Shown here in pieces: positions 19,781 through 30,384 of a DNA stretch of 64,000 nt; position 1 is the stretch's first letter; each line of letters opens with the position of its first letter. The notes beneath the pieces were generated by a model, which saw only the letters and a program-made list of their open reading frames with translations, made no database searches and was not told the origin of the DNA. This DNA comes from Candidatus Altiarchaeota archaeon (GTDB lineage Archaea > Altiarchaeota > Altiarchaeia > IMC4 > SCGC-AAA252-I15), in contig JAZDNF010000001.1 of the NCBI GenBank assembly GCA_043800255.1, positions 96,001 through 160,000 of the forward strand, in the 5' to 3' direction. The position numbers and the translations under genes are program-made.

Positions 19781-21235
19781 TTATAAGTTGCTGGCCCAGC
19801 CGTATAACATGCTTACAAGAGGGTAAAGGTTTATCACGAATATGAGGAGAGTCAGCGCCAGTATCGTGTATGCAAGCCTTTTTATGCTAACCTCGCTTAC
19901 GTTTAACGCCATTATGGCTTCTTTCAGCATTCTGCCGCCGTCAAACGGTGATATGGGCAGCAGGTTCACAAGACCTATGTTGACGTTGAAGAATGTTATC
20001 CAGCTCATGGCCGCCAGGATGACGAAAATCGCGGGGATAGTGCTCTGGAACCTGTGATGCGGATCGCCCTTCCATACCAGCTGCTGCATCATAACCACCC
20101 CAATATACGCTGTGCTATTGTCGTTCGGCGATGTCACGGTTTTGATGTCGTATTCTCCCCTTCCCGTGCTTACTTTTATCGTGTCCCCAACCTGGGACTG
20201 ACCCATCGTGCTCTTGAATGCTTCAAGAGTCGGCGTGCTTATGTTGTTTATACCACTGATAACGTCACCCTCCACCAATATCCTCTCAGCCGGGTATCCG
20301 CTGTCTAAACCTATGATCCTGACTCCGTCCTCCAGGAGATATGCGCTGGTGAGTGCCATAGTAGCCAAGACAACTATCAATGCCAGCGCCCCAACAGCGA
20401 AGTTTGCGAATGAACCTACCGCATAGAGCCTCATCCTCTCGATGCTCGGCCTTGACTCCACCTCCTTGTCGTCCGGTTCGACGAAGGCTCCTATGGGGAG
20501 AACTCCGAAAGTCAGAAGGCCTGTTGATTTCACCTTCATCTTATGGACTCTTGCGAGTATGCCGTGAGCAAGCTCATGCGAGACGAGGGTGACTATAATC
20601 GCTATCAGCGCATACCCCCCTGGGACGAAGATATCGTAGCCTGGGAATGTGACCCCGATTCTGCCATCCTTCGAAGTCGGGAGCAGCGGCGATATTCCCG
20701 GCATGTCAGAGTTCTTGAGAACTATGTTGAAAGCATTATAGGCCAGAGCGTAAACAAGTATCACCGGCAGGCCGACCAGAGACTCCAACAGGGCAATCAA
20801 TTTCGACTCTAGAATCTGCGAGGCCAGGGAGTAGATTACCAGAACAGTTATGAGGAAATCAAGCCTCTGATCATCCTGTTTGTAACCCCCTCCTAATACG
20901 GCAATCAGCAGGGCGAGTGCTGCAATTATTATGACTACCCCCTGATTCAACATAATAGCGGACACGCCCCCGAAAACAAGGAGGCTGAGGTAGAGGTTCT
21001 TCCTGCTGTCATTTTTCGAAAGGTAGGCTCCGCCAAGCCCGGAAAATGACAGAACCACAGAAAAGTCGGCGACGAATTTCCAGAATCTCGGGCTGATTTT
21101 CGCAATCCTGTCGATAAGATTGAGGCCGTATTCTGTCCGTACCAGAAACACTATGAAAAACCTCTGATATCCTTTCCTAAGCAGATAGACCGTTCCGACA
21201 AAGAACACGACCAACGCCGCCAGCATCTGATTCAT
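19781..21235 (-). CDS. Site-2 protease (M50) with PDZ domain
   Basis: HELAHG, GAFVEP, NLLPISPFDGG, PDZ-like insert. Confidence 0.93.
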   Translation of the reverse strand: MNQMLAALVVFFVGTVYLLRKGYQRFFIVFLVRTEYGLNLIDRIAKISPRFWKFVADFSVVLSFSGLGGAYLSKNDSRKNLYLSLLVFGGVSAIMLNQGVVIIIAALALLIAVLGGGYKQDDQRLDFLITVLVIYSLASQILESKLIALLESLVGLPVILVYALAYNAFNIVLKNSDMPGISPLLPTSKDGRIGVTFPGYDIFVPGGYALIAIIVTLVSHELAHGILARVHKMKVKSTGLLTFGVLPIGAFVEPDDKEVESRPSIERMRLYAVGSFANFAVGALALIVVLATMALTSAYLLEDGVRIIGLDSGYPAERILVEGDVISGINNISTPTLEAFKSTMGQSQVGDTIKVSTGRGEYDIKTVTSPNDNSTAYIGVVMMQQLVWKGDPHHRFQSTIPAIFVILAAMSWITFFNVNIGLVNLLPISPFDGGRMLKEAIMALNVSEVSIKRLAYTILALTLLIFVINLYPLVSMLYGWASNL

Positions 21236-21721
21236 CTACTCTTCCTCACCTTTTCTGACCACGACAACATCGCCCAAGGTGAGGTCCACAGCGTCCTTGC
21301 CGGTCTGCTTCACCTGAAAGTCCTCGCGTTTCTTGTAAATCCTGACATTAAGCCTCTTCTCCAGCTTGCGACCAACGATGGGGCTGGGCTCTATCCTCCT
21401 AGACTCTATCCTATGTATGAGCGACGACGGCTCGTTTATCATCTTCGCAAGCTCCTCCTGCTTCAAGCCCCTGCCCTCCCGAGCCTTCCTGATGATGCTG
21501 TCATAGTCCTCCTTCAGCTCGTTCTCATCCTCTGCGTCGAACTCTCCAACAGCATGCTCGACCTTCTCAACAGGTTTGGCCTTCTTCTTCGGCTGCTCTC
21601 CCTCAGCCTTCCCCAAAATTTTCCCGTAGGATGAGCACTCATCGCAAGCAGTCACTATCGAACCCTCCAACCTAACCCTGTTAGCGGCCAACACAATCCT
21701 GCCGCAGATTTCACACTGCAT
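21236..21721 (-). CDS. Multiprotein bridging factor aMBF1
   Basis: MQCEICG..CDEC Zn ribbon, HTH (IRKAREGRGLKQEELA), C-terminal TLGDV. Confidence 0.92.
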   Translation of the reverse strand: MQCEICGRIVLAANRVRLEGSIVTACDECSSYGKILGKAEGEQPKKKAKPVEKVEHAVGEFDAEDENELKEDYDSIIRKAREGRGLKQEELAKMINEPSSLIHRIESRRIEPSPIVGRKLEKRLNVRIYKKREDFQVKQTGKDAVDLTLGDVVVVRKGEEE

Positions 21722-21813
21722 AAACCTTTTCTTTCTTAGGAAGAAAGAAAACGTTTACGAAAAGAAAGAATTTCAAGTTTTCCACTCTCCTAAGATACCT
21801 CATTTTTTTGTTA

Positions 21814-21880
21814 AGAGCAACTAAGCGAGCGTTAGCGAGCGCACGCTGCTCCTTTTTGATCAAATTTTTTCTAAAAGTTT
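21814..21880 (-). repeat. tRNA-downstream repeat (copy 1)
   Basis: Minus strand AAACTTTTAGAAAAAATTTGATCAAAAAGGAGCAGCGTGCGCTCGCTAACGCTCGCTTAGTTGCTC closely resembles 37209-37269. Confidence 0.7.
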
Positions 21881-21883
21881 GAG

Positions 21884-22049
21884 TGGGGTCGGGGGGATTT
21901 GAACCCCCATCGGCGGGTCACCTCAATATTAAGGCATCAGACCGTTCGGTCTTTTCCTCTGACCCTAGTTTTCGTCACAGCCTTTACGGCTCAGCGCTCC
22001 AAATTGTTTTTCTGGAGCCCGCTAGGATGCCGAGTTACCCCACGACCCC
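21884..22049 (-). tRNA. tRNA-Trp(CCA) with 93-nt intron at 37/38 (21919-22011)
   Basis: GGGGTCGTGGGGTAACTCGGCATCCTAGCGGGCT-CCA-G [intron] ACCCGCCGATGGGGGTTCAAATCCCCCCGACCCCA folds as a cloverleaf. Confidence 0.93.
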
Positions 22050-22074
22050 GTGGGAAATATATTATAGTTTATCG

Positions 22075-22998
22075 CTAAAAAATGTGGTCGAATGCGACTA
22101 TGTCCCTGAATTCCGCGTATCTTTTTTCGATGTCCTCCTGTGTGACAGTTCTCATCCGGTCTATGCTGAAGTCCTCGACGACGTATGATGCTATCACGCT
22201 CCCACATACCATCGACTTTTTTATCCATTTGTCGTCTAAAATGCCGTGTTTTGCCAGGTGGCCTACTGTTCCGCCTGCGAACGAGTCTCCAGCCCCTGTT
22301 GGGTCTTTTAGGTTCTCAAGCGGGTAGGCTGGCGCTGAGAAGAAGCTGTCCTTTGAAAAGTAGAGGGCCCCATGCTCTCCCTTCTTTATTATCAGCCTGT
22401 CGATGCCCATCTTCAGGAAACTTCGGCCGCATCTTATCAGGTTAGGCTCGTCCCAGTACATCCTAGCCTCTCCCTCGTTGATGATTGCCATGTCAACCTT
22501 CTTGAGGACCTTCTCAAGCTGCTTCTTCTTGTGTTCTATCCAGAAGTTCATGGTGTCGCAGAAGCTGTACTGCGGCTTTATCTCCTCGAGCGTTTCGAGT
22601 TGAAGTTCAGGGTCTGTGTTCGCTAGGAACAGGAACTTGCAGCTCTTGTACTCTTTGGGAATCTTAGGCTTGAAGGTCTCCAGCACGTTCAGCTCAGTCC
22701 TCAGCGTGTGGGCTTCGTTCATGTCATACTCGTAGTATCCTTCCCACCTGAAGGTCTCGCCGTCTGACCTCTCAACGCCTCTGACGTCAATCCCCTTGGA
22801 TTCAAGGAACCGTATGTGTTCCCCTGGGAAGTCCTTCCCGACAACCCCTATTATCCCGCATCTTGTGAAAAAGTTGGACGCCAGCGAGAAGTAGACTGCG
22901 CTCCCCCCTAGTATGTTCTCCTTCCTGCCGAATGGCGTCTTGATGGTGTCCAACGCGATGGTGCCCATAGCCACAAGCTCGGGTTTCATCTGAGCCAC
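22075..22998 (-). CDS. PfkB family carbohydrate kinase
   Basis: GGSAVY, GVVGKDF, NEGEA, DPTGAGDSFAGG. Confidence 0.93.
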   Translation of the reverse strand: MAQMKPELVAMGTIALDTIKTPFGRKENILGGSAVYFSLASNFFTRCGIIGVVGKDFPGEHIRFLESKGIDVRGVERSDGETFRWEGYYEYDMNEAHTLRTELNVLETFKPKIPKEYKSCKFLFLANTDPELQLETLEEIKPQYSFCDTMNFWIEHKKKQLEKVLKKVDMAIINEGEARMYWDEPNLIRCGRSFLKMGIDRLIIKKGEHGALYFSKDSFFSAPAYPLENLKDPTGAGDSFAGGTVGHLAKHGILDDKWIKKSMVCGSVIASYVVEDFSIDRMRTVTQEDIEKRYAEFRDIVAFDHIF

Positions 22999-23534
22999 CT
23001 CACTATTTTCGGCCTTCTGTCAGGCTTATCTTTCGCCTCGTCAGGGTATCCGAATATTAATGGCGCTATTATCTCATGGCCTTTCGGGACTTCCAATTCC
23101 CTGAGAACATCCTTGTCATTGTTCAAACTGGTTGCGAATCCTATATAACAGGAGCCCAAGCCCATCGAGTGGGCTGCTAGGAACATGGTTTGGGCGAGGA
23201 TTCCGCAGTCTATCTTCGCCCACTTATACTCCTTTTCTGCAGTAACTATTATGAGGAGCGGCGCACCGTAGAATATCGTGTCCTCCTTTGACTGTATCTT
23301 CTCTCTTGCCTGGATGGCGTAGCCAAGCAGACCCAAGTTCTTCTTCACAGCCTTCGAGAGATCGGAAATCTTCTTCTTGTCCTCTATTATGATAAAATTC
23401 CCCGGCTGCCTGTTGACCGCTGATGGAGCCATAACCGCGGCATCAAGCAGCTTTTCTATAATCTCTTTAGGCACCTGCTTGCTCTTGTATTTTCTGATGC
23501 TTCTTCTGCCGTTGATAGCGTCGAGAACTTCCAT
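22986..23534 (-). CDS. Nitroreductase family protein
   Basis: RRSIRKY, APSAVNRQP, LAAHSMGLGSCYIG, FGYP. Confidence 0.93.
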   Translation of the reverse strand: MEVLDAINGRRSIRKYKSKQVPKEIIEKLLDAAVMAPSAVNRQPGNFIIIEDKKKISDLSKAVKKNLGLLGYAIQAREKIQSKEDTIFYGAPLLIIVTAEKEYKWAKIDCGILAQTMFLAAHSMGLGSCYIGFATSLNNDKDVLRELEVPKGHEIIAPLIFGYPDEAKDKPDRRPKIVRWLR

Positions 23535-23537
23535 AGA

Positions 23538-24050
23538 CTAGAGTTTCATCCTGTCGACCAAGTAATATGTTACGTCGCCCTCCTCGTCGACTATCGCGTA
23601 TATCATGTCCTTGTTAACGTTTTTAGCAAGCCTGAGGGCACGGGCCATCTCAGGGAAGCTGCACGTGTACTCTTCTGGGACAACGTGCACCAAGTGTTTG
23701 GAATGGCCTTTGCCGAGCACCTCCCCCCTGTCATAGATTCTGAAGTCTGTGCCGAACTTCAGCCCAGTTCTCACCAGCAGGCCTCTCTCCCGCAGGTCCT
23801 TATAGACTATGTACTTGTTGTAAAATTCCTCCTCAACCTTGGAGCCTAACTTCAGCAGCTCGTCGAAGGTCAGCTTTTTATCGCCTTTCATCACATCCAG
23901 CTTCCCGTCTTCCGTCAGGAAGACAGCCTCTATGGTGGAGAGCATCAGCCGCTTCCCCTCCATCTCGCCGAAGCCCTTATCCTTAAGCTGGCTTTTAGTC
24001 TCACCATCTCCCACAACAACCTTCGTCCCAGATAAAATTCCGACGCCCAT
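23538..24050 (-). CDS. endA: tRNA-intron endonuclease (single-unit, alpha4-type size)
   Basis: VYKDLRERG..TGLKFGTDFRIY, GHS, RLAKNVNK supply the Tyr/His/Lys triad; 170 aa. Confidence 0.93.
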   Translation of the reverse strand: MGVGILSGTKVVVGDGETKSQLKDKGFGEMEGKRLMLSTIEAVFLTEDGKLDVMKGDKKLTFDELLKLGSKVEEEFYNKYIVYKDLRERGLLVRTGLKFGTDFRIYDRGEVLGKGHSKHLVHVVPEEYTCSFPEMARALRLAKNVNKDMIYAIVDEEGDVTYYLVDRMKL

Positions 24051-24083
24051 CGTGTTTACTATTTTAGCATAGTATCTTTAAAA

Positions 24084-24195
24084 CGCTCTATTCCACCGGT
24101 CTCTGACGGGTGGTTTGGCCGGTGGAATAGGCGTGTAAGAACCACCAGTTCATTTCATAAGATGCCACCGGTCTCTGACCGGTGGTTCTTCACGC
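24084..24195. repeat. Composite hairpin repeat element (copy 1)
   Basis: Two CCACCGGTCTCTGAC(C/G)GGTGG hairpins (24093, 24165); inverted repeat GCGTG(T)AAGAACCACC / GGTGGTTCTTCACGC. Confidence 0.7.
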
Positions 24196-24243
24196 AACCG
24201 GCGTATAGCCATTTTTCTATCTGTACTTTGCTATAGTAAACTG

Positions 24244-26313
24244 ATGGCAGTCGAGAGGAGGCCGGGCCAGAAGTCAGCCCACCGGGAGCTTCTTGTCGGG
24301 GAGGAGGGGGCTGTCGGGTTCATGAGGGAGAAGGTTGGTGGCGAATTCCCTCAGATAAAGGATTCTGCCTATAAGCTGTTCCACTCCAACCATGTCATCG
24401 TCTATGATAGCCCGGAGAACGGCATTGTGCAGCTGCGGAGGGAGCCTCGTTTTCTCTACTCGCAGTCGAAGCACGGGTTCGATAGGCTGTTTTATATCAC
24501 ACAATTGGCTCACACGCTCTTCCCAGGAGATGTCATCAACATGACGGAGATGATGTTGCCTGACAATATGCCAGAATTTTTCGGCTTCAGGAACCCTCCG
24601 ACCATGGCTGACGGCACCGTACAGTTCCCGACGTTCAAGAGCGAGCGCATTCCGACGACGAAGGCGCAGGAGAAAAGGTGGGCGGAAACTTTCGAGCTTA
24701 TCCAAGAGTCCAGGAAGAGGAGGTTCGACCTCTACAACAGGAATGACGGCGTCATAACCGAGAAACAGTGGGATGACATGCTCCTCAGAGACAAGCCTGT
24801 CAATGCGAAGGTTGAAGTGTATGAACAGTGGTTCAAGAATCTTGTGAAGAGGAGCGGCCTCTCCCTGAACGAGTTCGAGCTGAAGCTCCGGGAGGCCGGA
24901 TTCTCGCAGCCGCATCCTGAGGTTAACACGATACTGACTCCTAAGGCAGGCGACAGGCCGCGCCATCTGGTCTATGTCGAATTAGGCTCCCACATCGATG
25001 TCGGCAAGGTCCTAGAGACAATAGGCTCATTGCCAGGCGGCGAGCAGAAGAGCCGGGCAAACTATCTTCTTCTGAAGGCGTGGGAGGCTGAGGCTCTGGC
25101 GAAACATGACATCGCGCAGATTCCAGATGGGATAAGCCAATTGGAGAAAGACAAGTTTTTTTTGGGCGTGTCACACGATAAGAGGATTAAAACGCTAAGG
25201 GAGGAGATTGCGAATGAGAAGGGCGAACTTAAGGAGGAGCTTCCCGAAAAAGAGAGACCTACCATCTGGGTTGGAGAGCCAGACCCAAAATTTCCCAATC
25301 TCATACCGGTTGTCATACCTGCAGGCCCGATAGACGCCGCGCCGCCCCGTCAGCCTAAGAATCTGCCGTTCCCGTTTCAGGCGGAATACAGGAATGAGGA
25401 GAGGATATCCCAAGACCCTGAGTGGATCAGGGGCATGATGTTCGGCAGCCCGCGGTCAGGACATCCAGAAGGCCTTGTGGTGCTCCACATCAGGGACGTG
25501 CTGGAGAATATCAACTGGCTCGGCGCCGACGAAGACACTCGGAGTAGGCTGAGGGAAATCGCATTCGTACACGATACATTCAAGTACCAAGTGGATCATA
25601 CTAAGCCAATAGACGGGGAGAACACTCACCAGGCGTTCGCTGCCAAATTCGCCGAAAAGCACTTACAGGATGAAGGCGTTAAAAAGGTCATCAGACTCCA
25701 TGATGACGGCTTTCACGCATGGCAGTTGGGACATCTTGGCGAGGACTGGAAGAAGGCAGAGGAAGGGGCTGTAAAACTTATTAAACAGTTAGGGCCTGAT
25801 ACTGACCTTTTCCTGCAGTTCATGGAATGCGACAGGACAGAAGGAAAAAGCGTTGCGCCCCTGGATTGGTTCAAAAAAGTGGTTGAAGACAACAGGAACC
25901 CGATACCTCCGAGAAAAGTTCATCGAAAGGTGAACGAGCCTCTCGTTGCGGATTCAATAGACAGAGGCGTTATAAAAATAAATGAGCTGCTTGGGGAATT
26001 GCATCCTAAACAAAAAGACCCGTATGCCCTCATCGCCCTAACTGGTGGCTCATACGAACAACAACATGGATTCTTCAAACGGCTGCAGGAGATTAATAAC
26101 GCTGTCACATTCGGCTCATTCAATCACGTGCCTGACTTTGACGACTACCTCAGATACCATTTCATACACTGCGATCAATTCGTCTCAGCCTCCCGCATAG
26201 AGCAAGCCCAGGGGAAAACGCCTGACATAGTCGTCCACCTTCAGACCTCAAGCTTACCGAACGACAAACCCAGAATAGAGGCGAAAACCCAGCTGATAGT
26301 GAACAACAGATGA
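24244..26313 (+). CDS. Multidomain hypothetical protein with an HD-like domain
   Basis: 689 aa; PRSGHPEG..HIRDV, FVHDTFKY, H..., LHDD, CD follow the HD-superfamily spacing in the C-terminal half. Confidence 0.7.
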   Translation: MAVERRPGQKSAHRELLVGEEGAVGFMREKVGGEFPQIKDSAYKLFHSNHVIVYDSPENGIVQLRREPRFLYSQSKHGFDRLFYITQLAHTLFPGDVINMTEMMLPDNMPEFFGFRNPPTMADGTVQFPTFKSERIPTTKAQEKRWAETFELIQESRKRRFDLYNRNDGVITEKQWDDMLLRDKPVNAKVEVYEQWFKNLVKRSGLSLNEFELKLREAGFSQPHPEVNTILTPKAGDRPRHLVYVELGSHIDVGKVLETIGSLPGGEQKSRANYLLLKAWEAEALAKHDIAQIPDGISQLEKDKFFLGVSHDKRIKTLREEIANEKGELKEELPEKERPTIWVGEPDPKFPNLIPVVIPAGPIDAAPPRQPKNLPFPFQAEYRNEERISQDPEWIRGMMFGSPRSGHPEGLVVLHIRDVLENINWLGADEDTRSRLREIAFVHDTFKYQVDHTKPIDGENTHQAFAAKFAEKHLQDEGVKKVIRLHDDGFHAWQLGHLGEDWKKAEEGAVKLIKQLGPDTDLFLQFMECDRTEGKSVAPLDWFKKVVEDNRNPIPPRKVHRKVNEPLVADSIDRGVIKINELLGELHPKQKDPYALIALTGGSYEQQHGFFKRLQEINNAVTFGSFNHVPDFDDYLRYHFIHCDQFVSASRIEQAQGKTPDIVVHLQTSSLPNDKPRIEAKTQLIVNNR

Positions 26314-26347
26314 CAGTCTTTTTTACTCTAATGCAATTCCTTATACC

Positions 26348-26402
26348 CCGGCTGGAAATCCAGCCGGCAGATTGTGCCATCTTCGCTATCGCTCGATGAC
26401 AC
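26348..26402. repeat. Hairpin repeat shared with the tRNA-Arg downstream region
   Basis: GTGCCATCTTCGCTATCGCTCGATGACAC is the reverse complement, with one mismatch, of GTGTCATCGAGCGATAGCGAAGATGACAC at 37275-37303. Confidence 0.7.
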
Positions 26403-26429
26403 TTAAAAAATAAAGCGGATGATTATACC

Positions 26430-27398
26430 ATGATCTTAGGCTTAGAAGGAACTGCCCATACCCTTGGCATTGGGATAATAGACAAAGATTTCAACGTATT
26501 GGTTGATGTGAGGAAAACTTATCAGCCCACGGCGGGGATTCATCCAAGGGAGTCGGCTCAATATCTTGGGGAGAACGTGCGGGGAGCACTGGATGAGGCG
26601 TTATCTGAGGCCAAGCTCAGAGAGGGCGATCTGAAGCTTGTGGCATTCTCGCAGGGTCCTGGGCTGGGACCTTGCCTTAGAACCACAGCGACCGCGGCCA
26701 GGGTCATAGCGTTAAAGAACAATATCCCAATCCTCGGTGTGAACCACTGTGTCGCGCACATTGCAGTCGGCAAGGTGCTCTCAGGTTTCAAGAATCCGCT
26801 GGTGCTCTACGTCTCAGGGGCTAACACGCAGATACTGGAGAAGAACATGGGACGCTATCGTGTCTTCGGTGAGACCCTTGACATCGGCATAGGGAACATG
26901 CTGGACAAGTTCGGCAGGGAAACTGGGCTGAAGCATCCAGCAGGCCCGAAGATAGAGAAGCTGGCATCAGAGGGGAAGAACTTCATAGAGCTGCCTTATG
27001 TCGTGAAGGGCACAGACCTCAGCTTTTCGGGAGTGCTGACTGCCGCATTGCAGGACTTCGAAAAAGGCTGCAAACTGGAGGACCTATGCTACAGCCTACA
27101 GGAGACGTCTTTTGCGATGCTCTGCGAGGTCACTGAGAGGGCGCTTGCGCATCTGAAGGCTGATGAGGTTATGCTGGTGGGCGGCGTAGGATACAACAAA
27201 CGGCTGCAGGAGATGCTTTCTAAGGTTTCCGAAGAGCATGGTGCGAGATTCCACACTCCAGTGAAGTATTGCGGCGACAACGGGGTCATGATAGCTATGC
27301 TCGGCAAGCTCGCCTATGATGCTGGGGCGAGGATGAAAATAGATGAGACGGTCGCGAAGCCAAATCAGCGGACCGACGACATAGAAATACTATGGTAG
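26430..27398 (+). CDS. kae1: KEOPS t6A synthase Kae1
   Basis: LGLEGTAHT, GPGLGPCL, VNHCVAHI, VSGANTQ, DNGVMIA, QRTDD. Confidence 0.96.
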   Translation: MILGLEGTAHTLGIGIIDKDFNVLVDVRKTYQPTAGIHPRESAQYLGENVRGALDEALSEAKLREGDLKLVAFSQGPGLGPCLRTTATAARVIALKNNIPILGVNHCVAHIAVGKVLSGFKNPLVLYVSGANTQILEKNMGRYRVFGETLDIGIGNMLDKFGRETGLKHPAGPKIEKLASEGKNFIELPYVVKGTDLSFSGVLTAALQDFEKGCKLEDLCYSLQETSFAMLCEVTERALAHLKADEVMLVGGVGYNKRLQEMLSKVSEEHGARFHTPVKYCGDNGVMIAMLGKLAYDAGARMKIDETVAKPNQRTDDIEILW

Positions 27399-27459
27399 CC
27401 CTCATATTTCCAGCGCTCACGCTTTATTACTTTTAACCTACCAATTTTAACTCTCTAAG

Positions 27460-29406
27460 ATGCCTGAACTATACGTCGGTGACGGGGGCCAGAAGCAGGA
27501 CCCTGAGCCTGAAAACCAGAAGACGGTTGAGCCTACGATAGACTCCTCTGCCATGAAATCATGGGACGACTTCGAGACGACAGAGCAGATAATCGTGCCA
27601 AAGCTCCTGATAGACCAGGTGATAGGGCAGGAGAAGGCTGTTGACATAATCAAGAAGGCTGCCAGGCAGAGGAGGCACATCCTCCTGATAGGCGAGCCTG
27701 GCACTGGAAAGTCGATGCTGGCTAAGGCGATGACTGAGCTGCTGCCTGCGGAAGACCTGGTTGACGTGCTGTCCTACCCCAACCTTGAGGATGAGAACAA
27801 TCCTAAGATCAAGATATCCCAGGCCGGTGACGGCAGAAAAATAGTGAAGGCTGAGCGCGAGAAGGAGATTGCAGCCAACCGCGGAGGAGGCTTGAATGTC
27901 CCGCTAATGCTGTTGGTCTTCGTCGCTGTGCCGCTCATCTTATACATCTCAGGCGTCATAAAGGACGGCATCATAATAGCGGCCATGATGGGCTTTGGGA
28001 TAGTGTTCTTCCTGCTTTTCGGGATAAACTTCAGGTCAATGATGGGCGGTCAGAAGACATTCACTCCAAGGATGATAGTTGACAACGCTGAGCGCAAGGA
28101 GGCTCCGTTCTATGAGGGAACCGGCGCGCACGCTGGGGCATTATTGGGCGATGTGAAGCATGATCCATTGCAGACCGGAGGATTGGGGACTCCAGCCCAC
28201 ACGAGGGTTGTGGCAGGCCTGATCCACAAGGCAAATAAGGGCGTACTCTTCATTGACGAGGTCGGCACATTAGGCAAGTCTCAGATGGACTTGCTGACCG
28301 CGATGCAGGAGAAGCAGATAGCAATAACTGGGAGGAGCGAGATGAGCTCAGGTGCGATGGTGATAACAGACCCTGTGCCCTGCGATTTCATACTCATTGC
28401 AGCAGGCAATCTCCACATAGTAGAGCACATGCACCCTGCATTGAGGTCCAGGATCAGAGGATACGGGTATGAGGTGTACATGAAGGATACCATAGAGGAC
28501 AACGACGAGAACAGGAAGAAGATAGTGCAGTTCATCGCCCAAGAGGTTACGAAAGATGGCAAGATACCTCACTTCAAAAAGGATGCAGTCGCTGAGATAA
28601 TAAGGGAAGCGAAGAGGAAGGCAGGCATGCGCGAGAAACTCACGCTCAAGTTCAGGGAACTCGGCGGAATAATACGGGCTGCGGGAGACATCTCAAGGGA
28701 GAAGGGGCACAAGTATGTCACAGCCGAGGACGTTTTGGATGGGAAGAAGTCAGCAAGAACCTTGGAACAGCAGGTCGGCGACATCTACCTTGACAAGAAA
28801 AAAGAATATAACATCCTGATAACGACCGGCAACAAGGTTGGTAGAGTGAACGGCCTCGCGGTCATGGGAGAGGGCGGGACAGTTCTCCCCATAGTCGCTG
28901 AGGTTGCTCCAGCTCAGAGCAGGCGCTCTGGGACCATAATGGCGACAGGAAAGCTGGGGGAAATAGCGAAGGAGGCTGTGACAAACGTCTCAGCCCTGTT
29001 CAAGAAGATGTCAGGCAAGGACGTCAGCAACCATGACATCCACATACAGTTCCTCCAGACGTATGAGGGAGTGGAAGGCGACTCAGCCAGCGTCAGCGTC
29101 GCTATCGCGGTCATATCAGCGCTGGAGCATATACCTGTCAGACAGGATGTTGCAATGACCGGCTCCCTCACAGTCAGGGGCGAGGTCCTGCCTGTGGGCG
29201 GCGTAACCCAGAAGATCGAGGCTGCCATAGAGGCCGGCATAGCTGAAGTAATCATCCCAGAAAGCAACGAAAAGGACGTCCTCCTGGAGAAAAAATACGA
29301 GGGTAAGGTAACGATCAGGACTGCGAAGACGCTCATAGACGTGATGAAACACTCCCTCGTCGGCGGCGATACCATAATAAAGAAGATGTCGAAGATGCTA
29401 GGCTAA
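27460..29406 (+). CDS. lonB: Membrane-bound ATP-dependent protease LonB
   Basis: GEPGTGKS, two-TM insert, FIDEV, EGDSAS (catalytic Ser), PVGGVTQK. Confidence 0.96.
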   Translation: MPELYVGDGGQKQDPEPENQKTVEPTIDSSAMKSWDDFETTEQIIVPKLLIDQVIGQEKAVDIIKKAARQRRHILLIGEPGTGKSMLAKAMTELLPAEDLVDVLSYPNLEDENNPKIKISQAGDGRKIVKAEREKEIAANRGGGLNVPLMLLVFVAVPLILYISGVIKDGIIIAAMMGFGIVFFLLFGINFRSMMGGQKTFTPRMIVDNAERKEAPFYEGTGAHAGALLGDVKHDPLQTGGLGTPAHTRVVAGLIHKANKGVLFIDEVGTLGKSQMDLLTAMQEKQIAITGRSEMSSGAMVITDPVPCDFILIAAGNLHIVEHMHPALRSRIRGYGYEVYMKDTIEDNDENRKKIVQFIAQEVTKDGKIPHFKKDAVAEIIREAKRKAGMREKLTLKFRELGGIIRAAGDISREKGHKYVTAEDVLDGKKSARTLEQQVGDIYLDKKKEYNILITTGNKVGRVNGLAVMGEGGTVLPIVAEVAPAQSRRSGTIMATGKLGEIAKEAVTNVSALFKKMSGKDVSNHDIHIQFLQTYEGVEGDSASVSVAIAVISALEHIPVRQDVAMTGSLTVRGEVLPVGGVTQKIEAAIEAGIAEVIIPESNEKDVLLEKKYEGKVTIRTAKTLIDVMKHSLVGGDTIIKKMSKMLG

Positions 29407-29449
29407 CCTATTTAAAACAGAAAACACATAAGTTATTCCAATTTTTATC

Positions 29450-30379
29450 ATGGATTTAGAGGATTTGGAGGGTGTTGGGGCGGCTGCCGCCGAAAAACTC
29501 AGGGAGGGCGGTTTTGACTCGATAGAGAGTGTCGCGACAGCGTCTGTCGGAGAAATCATGGAACTCGGATTCTCCGATAACACAGCGGCCAAGGTAATCA
29601 ATTCTGCCAGGAAATCCCTGAAGATGGGGTTCGAGTCCGGTCTTGAAATTCTCGCCAAGAGACAGCAGGTCGGAAAGCTCTCAACAGGCAGCAAAGAACT
29701 GAACAAGCTGTTCGGAGGCGGCGTGGAGACGCAGGCGATAACAGAGTTCTTCGGCATGTACGGCTCCGGGAAAACGCAGATCGCCCACCAGCTTGCAGTG
29801 AACATACAGCTCCCCAGAGCGAAGGGAGGCCTGGAGGGTAACGCAATCTACATAGACACTGAGAACACCTTCAGGCCTGAGCGGATACAGCAGATGGCTA
29901 AGGCCGCGAAGATTGACCCGGAGGAGACGTTGAAGAACATATTCGTCGCCAGAGCCTACAACTCAGACCACCAGATGATCCTGGCTGAGAAGGCGGCTGA
30001 GATAATGAAGGAGAGGAACGTCAAACTGGTCGTGGTTGACAGCCTGACAGCACACTTCAGGGCGGAGTACACCGGCAGGGGCACGCTCGCGACGAGACAG
30101 CAGAAGCTGAACAGGCACATGCACACCCTCCAGAGGAAAATCTCAGACCCGCATAATGCAGCCGTCGTAGTGACAAATCAGGTCATGTCGAGGCCTGACA
30201 TACTCTTCGGCGACCCTACTGTGCCCATAGGAGGCCACATAGTAGGCCACCATTCGACCTTCAGGGTCTACCTTAGGAAGGGCAAGGCAGGCAAGCGTGT
30301 TGCGAAGCTAATAGACTCGCCGAATATGCCAGACGCTGAATGCGTTTTCGAAGTGACCACAGACGGAATAATCGACTGA
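29450..30379 (+). CDS. radA: DNA repair and recombination protein RadA
   Basis: [43 protein letters not shown]. Confidence 0.97.
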   Translation: MDLEDLEGVGAAAAEKLREGGFDSIESVATASVGEIMELGFSDNTAAKVINSARKSLKMGFESGLEILAKRQQVGKLSTGSKELNKLFGGGVETQAITEFFGMYGSGKTQIAHQLAVNIQLPRAKGGLEGNAIYIDTENTFRPERIQQMAKAAKIDPEETLKNIFVARAYNSDHQMILAEKAAEIMKERNVKLVVVDSLTAHFRAEYTGRGTLATRQQKLNRHMHTLQRKISDPHNAAVVVTNQVMSRPDILFGDPTVPIGGHIVGHHSTFRVYLRKGKAGKRVAKLIDSPNMPDAECVFEVTTDGIID

Positions 30380-30384
30380 TCAAA

